DNA of 64,000 bases from Somniosus microcephalus. Its lineage: Eukaryota. The notes beneath the pieces are model-generated. The model saw only the letters and a list, made by a program, of their open reading frames with translations, had not been told where the DNA came from and did not search any database. Positions 37,526 to 49,051 of this stretch are shown one piece after another. The position numbers were made by a program, and so were the translations under genes. The stretch is from assembly GCA_052327205.1 (NCBI GenBank), contig CM126219.1:40982001-41046000 (forward strand). Direction: 5' to 3'. Every line of letters begins with the position of its first letter. The first letter of the stretch is position 1.

Positions 37526-37650
37526 CTAATAAAGGGGGGTGGGGGGGGTGGGGTGAGGGGAAATTTAGAAATCTAAAGAGAAAGGTCAAGACAATAGAGC
37601 AGTGCAGCGATTTGGTTAAAAATAAGCAGAGTGTGACAGGAAGGGACAAA

Positions 37651-38341
37651 GGCCTAGAAATTCAGTTAGGGGCGTCCAGCTCGCCTGGGCGCCGGAATTA
37701 CCGCTGCGTGCGGAGCCACTTGCACCAGCGGGATATTCAGTTTCAGCGCCCCAAGTGGAAGCCAGCCGCTAAACAAGGGTTTCGGCGCCCTGCTTGGGGC
37801 GCTGAAACTGAATATCGGCGTGCAAAGTGCCGCAGCACCACCCGCTGCGGCACGGCAGCCTGCGGTACTGCAGGCCTTCCTCTCACTCTTAAGGGGGAGG
37901 TGCCTGCAACAGCGCAATCCCCGCTCGCGAGTGCCGGCAAATGAGCCCGGCACCAAGGAGAAGTGCCGGGCTCTCTGGAAACAGCCGGCAATGCCGCGGG
38001 GGGGGGGGGTGTAGGAGGCCGGGGACGGAGGTGCGGGCAGGCAGCCGCCGAAAAAGCGGCCGGCCGCACCTCCACCTTAACTCGCCCCACTACCGGCACA
38101 GGTAGGCCCCGTGTACCGGTCGCTGTTTGCGGCCGGCGCAGGGGAGGCGGCAGCGACCAAATATGGCCAGCGGGGCGATAGCGGGGCGCTGCGCACACCG
38201 ATGACGTCATCGGTGGCGGCGCAGCGCTACTGGCTAACGCCGCCATTAGCGCCCCGCTAAATATCGCGGTAGGTTTGCACAGTGGCGCAAAAGCCCTCTT
38301 TGGGCGCAAACTGGTGGCGCAGGCCACTGAATTTCTAGGCC
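37651..38341. mobile_element. GC-rich Harbinger-type MITE (GGCCTAGAAATTCAG family)
   Basis: Perfect terminal TIRs, 3-bp TSD AAA. Confidence 0.9.
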
Positions 38342-38925
38342 AAAGAATTTAATGGTAGCAGTGCAGCAGAGAATAAGGTCAAAGCAGGGAATAATGGTAA
38401 AAAATTTAAATTAAAGGCTCTTTATCTGAATGCATGAAGCATTCGTAACAAGATAGATGAACTAGTGGCACAAATAGAGATAAATGGGTTTGATCTAATA
38501 GCCATTACAGAGACGTGGTTGCAAGGTGGCCAAGGTTGGGAACTAAATGTTCCAGGGTACTCGACGTTTCAAAAAGACAGGCAGAATGGAAAAGGGGGTG
38601 GGTAGCCCTGATAATAAAGGATGGCATAAGGACAGTAGCGAGAAAGGATCTCTGCTCAGAAGATCAGGAAGTAGAATCAGTATGGGTGGAGAGAAGGAAT
38701 AACAAGGGGCAGAGAACACTGATAGGAGTAGTATAGAGGCCCTCTAACAGTAGCTATACCATTGGACAGAATATTAATCAAGAAATAGTAGGAGCTTGCA
38801 ACAAAGGTAATGCAATAATCTTGGGGGACTTTAATCTTCATATAGACTGGCCAAATCAAATTGGCAAAGGTAGACTGGAGGATAAGTTCATGGAATGCAT
38901 TCGGGACAGTTTCCTAAAACAATAT

Positions 38926-40830
38926 AAGAACATAAGAACATAAGAAATAGGAACAGGAGTAGGCCAATTGGCCCCTCGAGCCTGCTCCGCCATTCAATAA
39001 GATCATGGCTGATCTGATCCTAACCGCCAATCCACTATGACAGGACTATCTCCTGAATCTAACAGCATTAGACACACGAAAACAGGAGCAGGATCAGGCT
39101 ACACGGCCCCTGGGCCCGCTCCGCTACCCACAGGGCCATGACCTATCCGAACCTAGACTCATGTCCAAATTCCTGCCCGCTCCCCGTAACCCTTAATTCC
39201 CTTTTCTACTAGGAAACTGTCTATTTCTGTTTTAAATTTATGTAATGATGTAGCTTTGACAGCTTTTTGGGGCAGCATATTCCATGGACCTACCACCCTC
39301 TGAGTGAAGTAGTTCCTCCTCATCTCAGTTTTGAAAGAGCAGCCCCTTATTCTAAGACTATGCCCCCTAGTTCTAGTTTCACCCATCATCTGGAACATCC
39401 TCCCTGCATCCACCCGATCCAACCCCTTCATAATCTTATATGTTTCAATGAGATCGCCTCTCATTCTTCTGAACTCCAATGAGTAGAGTCCCAATCTACT
39501 CAACCTCTCCTCATATGTCCATCCCCTCATCCCCGGGATTAATCGAGTGAACCTTCTTTGTACTGACTCGAGAGCAAGTATGTCCTTTCTTAAGTATGGA
39601 CACCAAAACTGTATGCAGTATTCCAGGTGCGGTCTCACCAATACCTTGTACAACTGAAGCAATACCTCCCTATTTTTATATTCTATCCCCCTAGCAATGA
39701 AAGCCAACATTCCATTGGCCTTCTTAATCACTTGCTGCACCTGCATACTAACCTTTTGAGTTTCGTGCACCAGGACCCCCAGATCCCTTTGTACTTCAGT
39801 ACTTTCAAGTTTCTTGCCATTAAGATAATAACTTGCTCTACGATTTTTCCTGCCAAAGTGCATAACCTCACACTTTCCAGTATTGTATTCCATCTGCCAA
39901 ATCTCTGCCCACTTACTTAGCCTGTCTATGTCCCCTTGCAGGTTTTTTATGTCCTCCTCACTCACTACTTTCCCTCCCATCTTAGTATCATCTGCAAACT
40001 TTGACGTGTTACACTCGGTCCCCTCCTCCAAATCGTTAATATAGATTGTAAAGAGTTGGGGACCCAGCACTGACCCCTGCGGAACACCACTGGTTACTGA
40101 TTGCCAGTCTGAATATGAACCATTTATCCCAACTCTCTGCCTTCTGTTAGATAGCCAATCCTCTATCCATGCCAGAATATTACCCCCAATCCCGTGATTT
40201 TTTATCTTAAGCAATAATCTTTTGTGTGGCACCTTGTCAAATGCCTTTTGGAAGTCTAAATACACTACGTCCACTGGTTCACCTTTATCCACCCTATATG
40301 TTACTTCCTCAAAGAACTCCAGCAAATTTGTCAAACATGACTTCCCCTTCATAAAACCATGCTGACTTTGTCTTATTAAATTATGATTATCCAAATGTCC
40401 TGTTACTGTCTCCTTAATAATGGACTCCAAAATTTTACCTACCACAGATGTTAGGCTAACCGGTCTATAGTTTCCAGCCTTCTGTCTACTGCCCTTTTTA
40501 AATAAGGGTGTTACATTAGCAGTTTTCCAGTCTGCCGGGACCTTTGCTGAGTCCAGGGAGTTTTGGAAGATTATTACCAATGCATCCACAATCCCTACCG
40601 CCACTTCCCTCAAAACCCTGGGATGTAAGCCATCAGGTCCAGGTGATTTATCCGCCTTGAGTCCCATTATTTTACCAAGTACTACTTCCTTAGTGATTTT
40701 AATCATATTTAGCTCCTCCACCCCGATAGCCCCCTGCTTGTCAAGTGTTGGGATATTCTTGGTGTCCTCTACTGTAAAGACTGATGTAAAATATTCATTC
40801 AGTGTTTTTGCCATCTCCATATTTCCCACC
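38926..40830 (-). mobile_element. Young 5'-truncated CR1, inserted antisense in the older CR1
   Basis: Flanked by ATAT on both sides, (TTCTTATG)n tail on the minus strand, uninterrupted RT frame. Confidence 0.92.
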
Positions 40831-40832
40831 AT
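39159..40832 (-). CDS. Open 557-codon fragment of CR1 ORF2 reverse transcriptase (5'-truncated; probably not expressed on its own)
   Basis: KSPGPDGLHP, NYRPVSLT, LDFQKAFDKVPH, GVPQGSVLGP, KFADDTK, with no stop codons. Confidence 0.8.
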   Translation of the reverse strand: MVGNMEMAKTLNEYFTSVFTVEDTKNIPTLDKQGAIGVEELNMIKITKEVVLGKIMGLKADKSPGPDGLHPRVLREVAVGIVDALVIIFQNSLDSAKVPADWKTANVTPLFKKGSRQKAGNYRPVSLTSVVGKILESIIKETVTGHLDNHNLIRQSQHGFMKGKSCLTNLLEFFEEVTYRVDKGEPVDVVYLDFQKAFDKVPHKRLLLKIKNHGIGGNILAWIEDWLSNRRQRVGINGSYSDWQSVTSGVPQGSVLGPQLFTIYINDLEEGTECNTSKFADDTKMGGKVVSEEDIKNLQGDIDRLSKWAEIWQMEYNTGKCEVMHFGRKNRRASYYLNGKKLESTEVQRDLGVLVHETQKVSMQVQQVIKKANGMLAFIARGIEYKNREVLLQLYKVLVRPHLEYCIQFWCPYLRKDILALESVQRRFTRLIPGMRGWTYEERLSRLGLYSLEFRRMRGDLIETYKIMKGLDRVDAGRMFQMMGETRTRGHSLRIRGCSFKTEMRRNYFTQRVVGPWNMLPQKAVKATSLHKFKTEIDSFLVEKGIKGYGERAGIWT

Positions 40833-43495
40833 ATGTCATGGAACCAACCAGGGAACAGGTTATTTTAGATCTTGTATTGTATAATGAGACAGGGTTAATT
40901 AGCAATCTCATAGTAAAGGATCTTCTGGGGCAGAGTGATCATAATATGATACAATTTTACATTAATTTTGAGAGTGACTTGTCTAAATCCGAAACTAGAG
41001 TCTTAAACTTAAATAAAGCCAATTACATAGGTATGAGGGGTGAGTTGGCTAAGGTAGATTGGAAAAATAGATTAAAAGGTACGGCGGTAGATAAGCAGTG
41101 GCTAGCTTTTAAAGAAATATTTCATAATTCTCAACAAAAATACATTCCATTGAGAAACAAAACTCCATGGGAAAAGTGATCCAACTGTGGCTAACTAAAG
41201 AAGTTAAGGATAGCATTAGATTGAAAGAAGAAGCTTATAATGTTGCAAAGAATAATAGTAAGCCTGAGGATTGGGAGAGTTTCAGAAACCAGCAAAGGTT
41301 GACCAAAAAATTGATAAAAAGGGAAAAAATAGAATATGAAAGAAAACTAGCAAGAAATATAAAAGCAGATTGTAAGAGTTTCTACAAGTTTGTAAAAAGG
41401 AAAAGAGTAGCAAAAGTAAAAGTTGGCCCCTTAGAGGCTGAGACAGGAGAAATTATTATGGGGAATAAGGAAATGGCAGAAACATTAAACAAATATTTTG
41501 TATCTGTCTTCACAGTAGAAGACACAAAAAGCATACCAAAAATGGTGGGGAACCAAGGGTCTAATGAGGGTGAGAAACTTAACATAATTAATATAAATAG
41601 AGAAAAAGTACGAGAGAAACTAATGGGACTAAAAGTCGCCAAATCCCCTCGACCCGACGGCCTACATCCTCAGGTTCTAAAAGAGGTGGCTGAAGAGATA
41701 GTAGATGCATTGGTTTTGATCTTCCAAAATTCCCTAGATTCTGGAATGGTCCCAGCGGATTGGAAGGTCATAAATGTAACACTGCTATTCAAGAAAGGAG
41801 GGAGAAAAGAAACAGGGCACTACAGGCCAGTTAGCCTGACATCAGTTGTCGGGAAATGCTGGAATCCATTGTTAAGGAAGTGGTATCAAGTCACTTAGAA
41901 AATCATAACATGATTAGGCAGAGTCAACATGGTTTTATGAAAGGAAAATTGTGTTTGACAAATTTATTAGAGTTTTTTGAGGACGTAACTAGCAGGGTAG
42001 ATAAAGGGGAACCAGTGGATTTAGTATATTTGGATTTCTAAAAGGCATTTGATAAGGTGCCACATAAAAGGTTATTACACAAGATTAGGGCTCATGGGGT
42101 TGGGGTTAATATATTAGCATGGAGAGAGGATTGGCTAATGGACAGAAAACAGAGAGTAGGGATAAACGGATCTTTTTCAGGTTGGCAGGCTGTAACTAGT
42201 GGGGTGCTGCAAGGATCAGTGTTGGGGCCTCAGCTATTTACAATTTTTATTAATGACCTAGATGAAGGGACCGAGTGTAATGTATCCAAGTTTGCTGATG
42301 ATACAAAGCTGGGTGGGACAGTAAGCTGTGAGGAGAACACAAAGAGCCTGCAAAGGGATATAGATAGACTCAGTGAGTGGGCAGTAAGGTGGCAGATGGA
42401 GTATAATATACGGAAATGTGAGGTTATTCACTTTGGTAGGAAGAATAGAAAAACAGAATATTTTTTAAATGGTGAGAAACTTTCAATGTTGGTGTTCCGA
42501 GAGATTTGGGTGTCCTCATGCAAGAAACACAGAAAGCTAGCATGCAGGTACAGCAAGCAATAAGGAAGACAAATGGCATGTTGGCCTTTATTGCAAGGAG
42601 GTTGGAGTATAAGAGTAAGGAAGTCTTGCTCCAATTGTACAGGGCCTTGATGAGACCACACCTCGAGTACTGTGCACAGTTCTGGTCTCCTCCCTAAGGA
42701 AGGATATACTTGTCTTGGAGGCGGTGCAACGAAGGTTCACTAGATTGATTCCTGGGATGAGAGGGCTGTCCTATGATGAGAGATTGTGTATATTGCCGAT
42801 ACTCTCTGGGGTTTAGAAGAATGAGAAGTGATCTCATTGAAACATACGAGATTCTGAAGGGGATTGACAGGGTAGATGTTGAGAGGTAGTTTCCCCTGGC
42901 TGGAGTGTCTAGAACTAGGGGGCATAGCCTCAGGATAAGGGGTAGGCCATTTAAGACTGAGATGAGGAGGAATTTCTTCACTCAAAGGGCTGTGAATCTT
43001 TGGAATTCCCTGCCCCAGAGGGCTGTGGATGCTGAGTCTTTGAGTATATTCAAGACTGAGATAGATGGATTTTTGGACTCTAGGGGAATCAAGGGATATG
43101 GAGATCGGGCGGGAAAGTGGAGGTGAGGTGGATGATCAGCCATGATCTTATTGAATGGCGGAGCAGGCTCGAGGGGCCATATGGCCTACTCCTGGTCCTA
43201 TTTCTTATGTTCTTATGTTCTTATGTTAAGTCAGAAATACAATATAAGTGAGCCGTTTAGGGCTATTCACAATGGTGAAAAGGTTGCTTCCAGTTAAAAT
43301 GTTATTTTAAAGTATTGATTCCAAATCTCAGTCAAGGAATTTGCATTTGCTGATTTGGCCACTTTCAGCCGATATATTTACTATCAAAATCTACTTCATT
43401 GTTTATGTTAATCGGATGTCTTTTTTGATAAACCACAAAGCTTTTAAGGAAGAGTTAGAAACAAAGAAGATGAAATACCTCCTATATGAAATCTC

Positions 43496-45361
43496 GGGTG
43501 GCAGCGAACGAGGCCCGACCAGAGAGCTTGGACCTGGGGGAGAGCAGAGGCGCGACCGGCGGCAGTTAAAACCGGCGGCAGCGAATGAGGCCCGACCAGA
43601 GAGCTTGGACCTGGGGGAGAGCAGAGGCGCGACCGGCGGCAGTTAAAACCGGCGGCAGCGAACGAGGCCCGACCAGAGAGCTTGGACCTGGGAGAGAGCA
43701 GAGGCGTGACCGGCGGCAGTTAAAACCGGCGGCAGCAAATGAGGCCCGACCAGAGAGCTTGGACCTGGGGGAGAGCAGAGGCGCGACCGGCGGCAGTTAA
43801 AACCGGCAGCAGCGAACGAGGCCCGACCAGAGAGTTTGGACCTGGGAGAGAGCAGAGGCGCGACCGGCGGCAGTTAAAACCGGCGGCAGCGAATGAGGCC
43901 CGACCAGAGAGCTTGGACCTGGGAGAGAGCAGAGGCGCGACCGGCGGCAGTTAAAACCGGCGGCAGCGAACGAGGCCCGACCAGAGAGCTTGGACCTGGG
44001 AGAGAGCAGAGGCGCGACCGGCAGCAGTTAAAACCGGCGGCAGCGAACAAGGCCCGACCAGAGAGCTTGGACCTGGGAGAGAGCAGAGGTGCGACCGGCG
44101 GCAGTTAAAACCGGCGGCAGCGAATGAGGCCCGACCAGAGAGCTTGGACCTGGGGGAGAGCAGAGGCGCGACCGGCGGCAGTTAAAACCGGCGGCAGCGA
44201 ACGAGGCCCGACCAGAGAGCTTGGACCTGGGAGAGAGCAGAGGCGCGACCGGCGGCAGTTAAAACCGGCGGCAGCGAATGAGGCCCGACCAGAGAGCTTG
44301 GACCTGGGGGAGAGCAGAGGCGCGACCGGCGGCAGTTAAAACCGGCAGCAGCGAACGAGGCCCGACCAGAGAGTTTGGACCTGGGAGAGAGCAGAGGCGC
44401 GACCGGCGGCAGTTAAAACCGGCGGCAGCGAATGAGGCCCGACCAGAGAGCTTGGACCTGGGAGAGAGCAGAGGCGCGACCGGCGGCAGTTAAAACCGGC
44501 GGCAGCGAACGAGGCCCGACCAGAGAGCTTGGACCTGGGAGAGAGCAGAGGCGCGACCGGCAGCAGTTAAAACCGGCGGCAGCGAACAAGGCCCGACCAG
44601 AGAGCTTGGACCTGGGAGAGAGCAGAGGCGCGACCGGCGGCAGTTAAAACCGGCGGCAGCGAACGAGGCCCGACCAGAGAGCTTGGACCTGGGAGAGAGC
44701 AGAGGCGCGACCGGCGGCAGTTAAAACCGGCGGCAGCGAATGAGGCCCGACCAGAGAGCTTGGACCTGGGGGAGAGCAGAGGCGCGACCGGCGGCAGTTA
44801 AAACCGACGGCAGCGAACGAGGCCTGACCAGAGAGCTTGGACCTGGGGGAGAGCAGAGGCACGACCGGCGGCAGTTAAAACCAGCGGCAGCGAACGAGGC
44901 CCGACCAGAGAGCTTGGACCTGGGGGAGAGCAGAGGCGCAACCGGCGGCAGTTAAAACCGGCGGCAGCGAACGAGGCCCGACCAGAGAGCTTGGACCTGG
45001 GAGAGAGCAGAGGCGTGACCGGCAGCAGTTAAAACCGGCGGCAGCGAACAAGGCCCGACCAGAGAGCTTGGACCTGGGAGAGAGCAGAGGCACGACCGGC
45101 GGCAGTTAAAACCGGCGGCAGCGAACGAGGCCCGACCAGAGAGCTTGGACCTGGGAGAGAGCAGGGCGCGACCGGCGGCAGTTAAAACCGGCGGCAGCGA
45201 ACGAGGCCCGACCAAAGAGCTTGGACCTGGGGGAGAGCAGAGGCGTGACCGGCGGCAGTTAAAACCGGTGGCAGCGAACGAGGCCCGACCAGAGAGCTTG
45301 GACCTGGGAGAGAGCAGAGGCGCGACCGGCAGCAGTTAAAGCCGGCGGCAGCGAACGAGGC
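43496..45361 (+). repeat. 77-bp CpG-rich tandem array (about 24 units) at the 5' end of a CR1
   Basis: Unit GCAGCGAACGAGGCCCGACCAGAGAGCTTGGACCTGGGAGAGAGCAGAGGCGCGACCGGCGGCAGTTAAAACCGGCG. Confidence 0.97.
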
Positions 45362-45935
45362 GTACCAATTCAACAGCAGAGGAGAGAGGTAAAAAGTAAT
45401 CCAAGTATGACGTCACCAGGAAGCAGGTAAGTGATTGGTTGGTGAGTATTTCTTTTATTACAAGATTAAATTCAGCGGTTTATATTTTCTTGGGTCTCTG
45501 TGGTGTAGTGGGGACAGTTGGTAAATAAGCGCCCTAGAGTATATCTTTAACCGGTGGTATTGAATTAATTTAAATTAATTAAAGGGGTAAGTCATGCCAG
45601 GAGAGCCCAGCCCCGTGTTATGCTCCTCTTGCTCTATGTGGGAATTCAGTGATGCTGCCAGTGTCCCTGATGACCACGTGTGCCAGAAATGCATCCAGCT
45701 GCAGCTGCTAACGGGCCGTATTGAGGCACTGGAGCTGCAGATGGATGGGTTGTGGAGCATTCACGATGCTGAGAGGGTCGTGGATTACACGTATGATGAG
45801 TTGGTCATGCTGCAGGGTAGGGCTGCACAGGAAGAAGGGAAATGGGTGACCACCAGGTGGAGCAGTAGAAGCAGGCAGGTAGTGCAGGGGACCCCTGTGG
45901 CCATCCCCCTTTCAAACAGGTATACCAATTTGGTG
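45362..45935 (+). mobile_element. CR1 5' UTR and ORF1 N-terminus, 3'-truncated
   Basis: TGACGTCA, CAGGTAAGT and GGTGAGT, then MPGEPSPVLCSSCSMWEF..HVCQKCIQLQLL..IPLSNRY from 45594. Confidence 0.85.
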
Positions 45936-47724
45936 AATTTACCCTGGTATTTCTGGCGAAATTGTAAATGTGTTTACAAAGAATGCATTTACGATGTTAC
46001 CACACATAGTGACCAGAGCAATTTCTTCCTCTAACAAGACTACCTTTGAACTAATTTGCTATGTTTATCAGATTAACTGTATTTTTATTTAAAAAAACAA
46101 CAGCCTGGTGTTGATAGAGACCTATAAGGAGGTCGTGGGTCTGCAAGGTCTTTTGTTCTGTGTTGCTAGTTGATCTCAGACAGGGTCATACGATAGGCCT
46201 GAGTGCCTCAAGCTAGAGAGGACACAGGCTGAGTCGGGGCTGTGCTTCTAATCGCCATCCAGTGACCGCTGCTGAAAAGTGCGTATGTGCATACATCAAA
46301 TGAGACCTGGATCTGGCTCATCTGTATTGCTTACCTGGATTAAGTAGCTTGCCAACACATATAAATGAAGAATAGTCACTCGGGCAAGATCCCAGAGAGG
46401 TGTCAGCACCTGTGGAACAGTGCCTGAGCAAGAGAAGTGAGGGGAAAGCTAAGGGGAAAATAATCATGTTTGTAATATAGAGGACCAGGAATGAAGCCTG
46501 CAAGAAGTTTTATAATCTGAAGAAGAGCACAAAAGTAAGAAGAGCTATTGTACTAACATGCCAAATGAATTAAAATTATAAAGGCATATAAATGCAACTG
46601 TTAGACGTCAGCACAAGGAAACTGATAAGAAATTTGCAAACAGTTAAAATAATCAAAAATCCATCAAACCTAAGTAATTTCAAAAGTACAAATAGTGACA
46701 AGCCTGGAAAGAGGTATTATTTTGGCAAGAAATGAGTGTCAAATATACACAAACACTTATAAAGCAACAAAGTCAGTGTGAAACAGATGTGTGGCTCCCA
46801 TTCTGTCTTGTTATTGATGTATGTGCTGAACAATAAGTCTTAAAGGGTGCACTACTGGGAAAGAAAAAGTGTAATTTAGATGTTTTCATGCCTCCAGAAG
46901 TAAAATGTAGCAAAGGTCTGTTACTGAGTAGAATTTCCAGTGAGCAGTTTTGTTTGCTAGCAAAGATCGCTCACAATCGTTGAGTTAGACTGAATACAGT
47001 TGCCAATAAATCACAAGGAATAGCGCACGAGAATCAAATTGTTGCACTGATAAGATCAAGGTGCATGGCATTAAAAATTCAGCTGGTGCTGGTTCTGCCA
47101 AGCCAGTGGTTTGTACAGATATGCTACATTGGTCACTGTGTACTGTCTGTCCAATCATCCTCACCATGTACATTGGCAGTGGCTAATGCCAATGTAGTTA
47201 CTTTGTTAAAAATGCCCTTGCCACATACTTATCAGAGGCGATCCCACACACCCAGTGGGGAACTGTGCTCACAGGAAATGTGTGAGGGAGAATTGAGGCT
47301 GCAATTTTTCACCCCACTGGGATGGCTGCATTGCGGAATTATCGTATTATTTCTGAAATATTGCTTGAAATCTGTATTCTTGACTGAACAGGGAGAGGCA
47401 ATGACCCCAAGCATGGAAGAGTGCCAACTGTCATGAATTCACCTTTCAGAAATACCCTCACAAGAACTCAGCACCAGCACAGATCCTCTCACTATCTCCA
47501 ACATAGATAATGAAGCACTGCAGGAATCACGCACAACTGAGTCACCAAGTGCTAGTGAGGAAAGAGCGAGGGGGAGTATTCAGGGTTTTACTATTTCATC
47601 TATTAGTAGGCCTTTGAAACAGAGGCAGACACAAAACACAGTGAGAGCAAGCCAGTCACTTGAATTTTTAGCCATCTTATTGATAGGTGCTTTGAATTAT
47701 TCACAGGAGTCGCTGGGCATTGTA

Positions 47725-48812
47725 ATAGGAACATGGGAACAGGGGTTGGTCATTCAGCCACCATTCTATTAGATCATGGCTGATCTGTACCTCAACTCCA
47801 CTTACCTGCCTTTGTTCCACATCCCTTGGTAACATTACCCAACAAAAGTCTATCGATCTCAGTCTTGAAAATTGCAACTGACTCAGCATCCACAGCCTTT
47901 TGGGGAGCGAGTTCCAGATTTCTGTGTGAAAAAGCGCCTCCTGATTTCACTCCTAAATGGCTTAACTCTAATTTTACGAGTATGCCCCCTTGTTCTGGAT
48001 TCCCCCGCCTGAGGGAATAGTTTCTCTATATCTACCCTATTAAATCCCTTATTCATTTTAAATACCTCAATTAGATCACCTCTCAACCTTCTAAACTCAA
48101 GGGATTACAAGGCAAGTTTATGGAACCTGTCCTCATAATTTAACCCTTAAACCCTGGTATAATTCTGACAAATCTACACTGTGCCCCTTCCAAGGCCAAT
48201 ATATCTTTCCAGAGGTTCCGTGCCCAAAACTGGGCTCTTACCGAGACTCTGTACAACTGAAATATCACTTCCTCACTTTTGAATTCTAACCCTCTTGAGA
48301 TGAATGTCGACATTCCAATAGACTTTTTGTACCTGTGCACTAGCTTTGAATGATTCCTGCACATGGACATCTAAATCCCTTTGTTCCTCCACAACTCCTA
48401 GACACTCACCATTAAGAAAATATACTGATTTGTCATTCTTGGATCCAAAGTGGATGACCTCACACTTCCCCACATTGAGCTCCATCTACAATAGTTTTCC
48501 CCCACTCACTTAGTCTATCTATGTCCCTTTGTAACTTCCTACTCCCATCCACAGAACTTAATGTGGCTCCTAACTTTGTGTCATCTGCAAACTTGGATAT
48601 ACGACTCTATTCAAGTCATTAATATATGGTGAAAAGCTGAGGTGCCCAGTACAGATCCTTGGGGATCACCAATTGCCACCTCCCACCACTCAGAGAACAA
48701 ACCCGTTATCCCTACTCCATCTCCTATTTCTCAACCAATTACCGATCCAAGTCACAAGGTTACCTCCAATTCCATGAGTTCTCATTTTTGCTAATAATCT
48801 CTTGTGCAGAAC
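47725..48812 (-). mobile_element. Older degraded CR1 3' portion
   Basis: KCEVIHFG, RGDLIEVFKM, RRRFFTQ and the 3' UTR motif. Confidence 0.85.
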
Positions 48813-49051
48813 AGCCTTTAGTGAAGGCATAGAGGAATGGCTGCTTGAGCAGTAGCTTTCCACAGAGCAACTAGCAGCAGCAATGATATCTGCTGTGACA
48901 AACTCCATTATGCAAGCCACTGATGCAGTGGGGTCTTCTCTCAAGACAGCTGCCACCGAAACAATGGCTGCTTTGTGATCTCACTTCCAAGCAGGAATTG
49001 AGCAGGATTTGGCAACAGACTGGGGGCAATTTTAACCTAACCCACCCATCA

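Larger units (their letters stand above)
36340..43226 (+). mobile_element. Near full-length degraded CR1 (ORF1 plus EN-RT ORF2), with a nested MITE and an antisense CR1
   Basis: 5' UTR with GGTGAGT, then ORF1. EN motifs (IAITETW, GVVYR, GDFN), RT motifs at 41167-43126, and a (TTCTTATG)n tail. Confidence 0.9.

Noticed and set aside
37612-38327. GC-rich ORFs in MITEs (also 10834-11321 and 59081-59638)
   Set aside because: Stop-poor frames are expected from high GC. They are not conserved between related MITEs.
43341-45373. Series of 71-101 aa ORFs, and a CRISPR-like look to the array
   Set aside because: They are translations of the 77-bp tandem repeat. There are no unique spacers and no cas genes.
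47380-49020. Possible third Harbinger Myb exon remnant around the CR1 (CTCAGCACCAGCACAGAT match to ~26340)
   Set aside because: Only a short match, with no TIRs or transposase, so it is too degraded to annotate.
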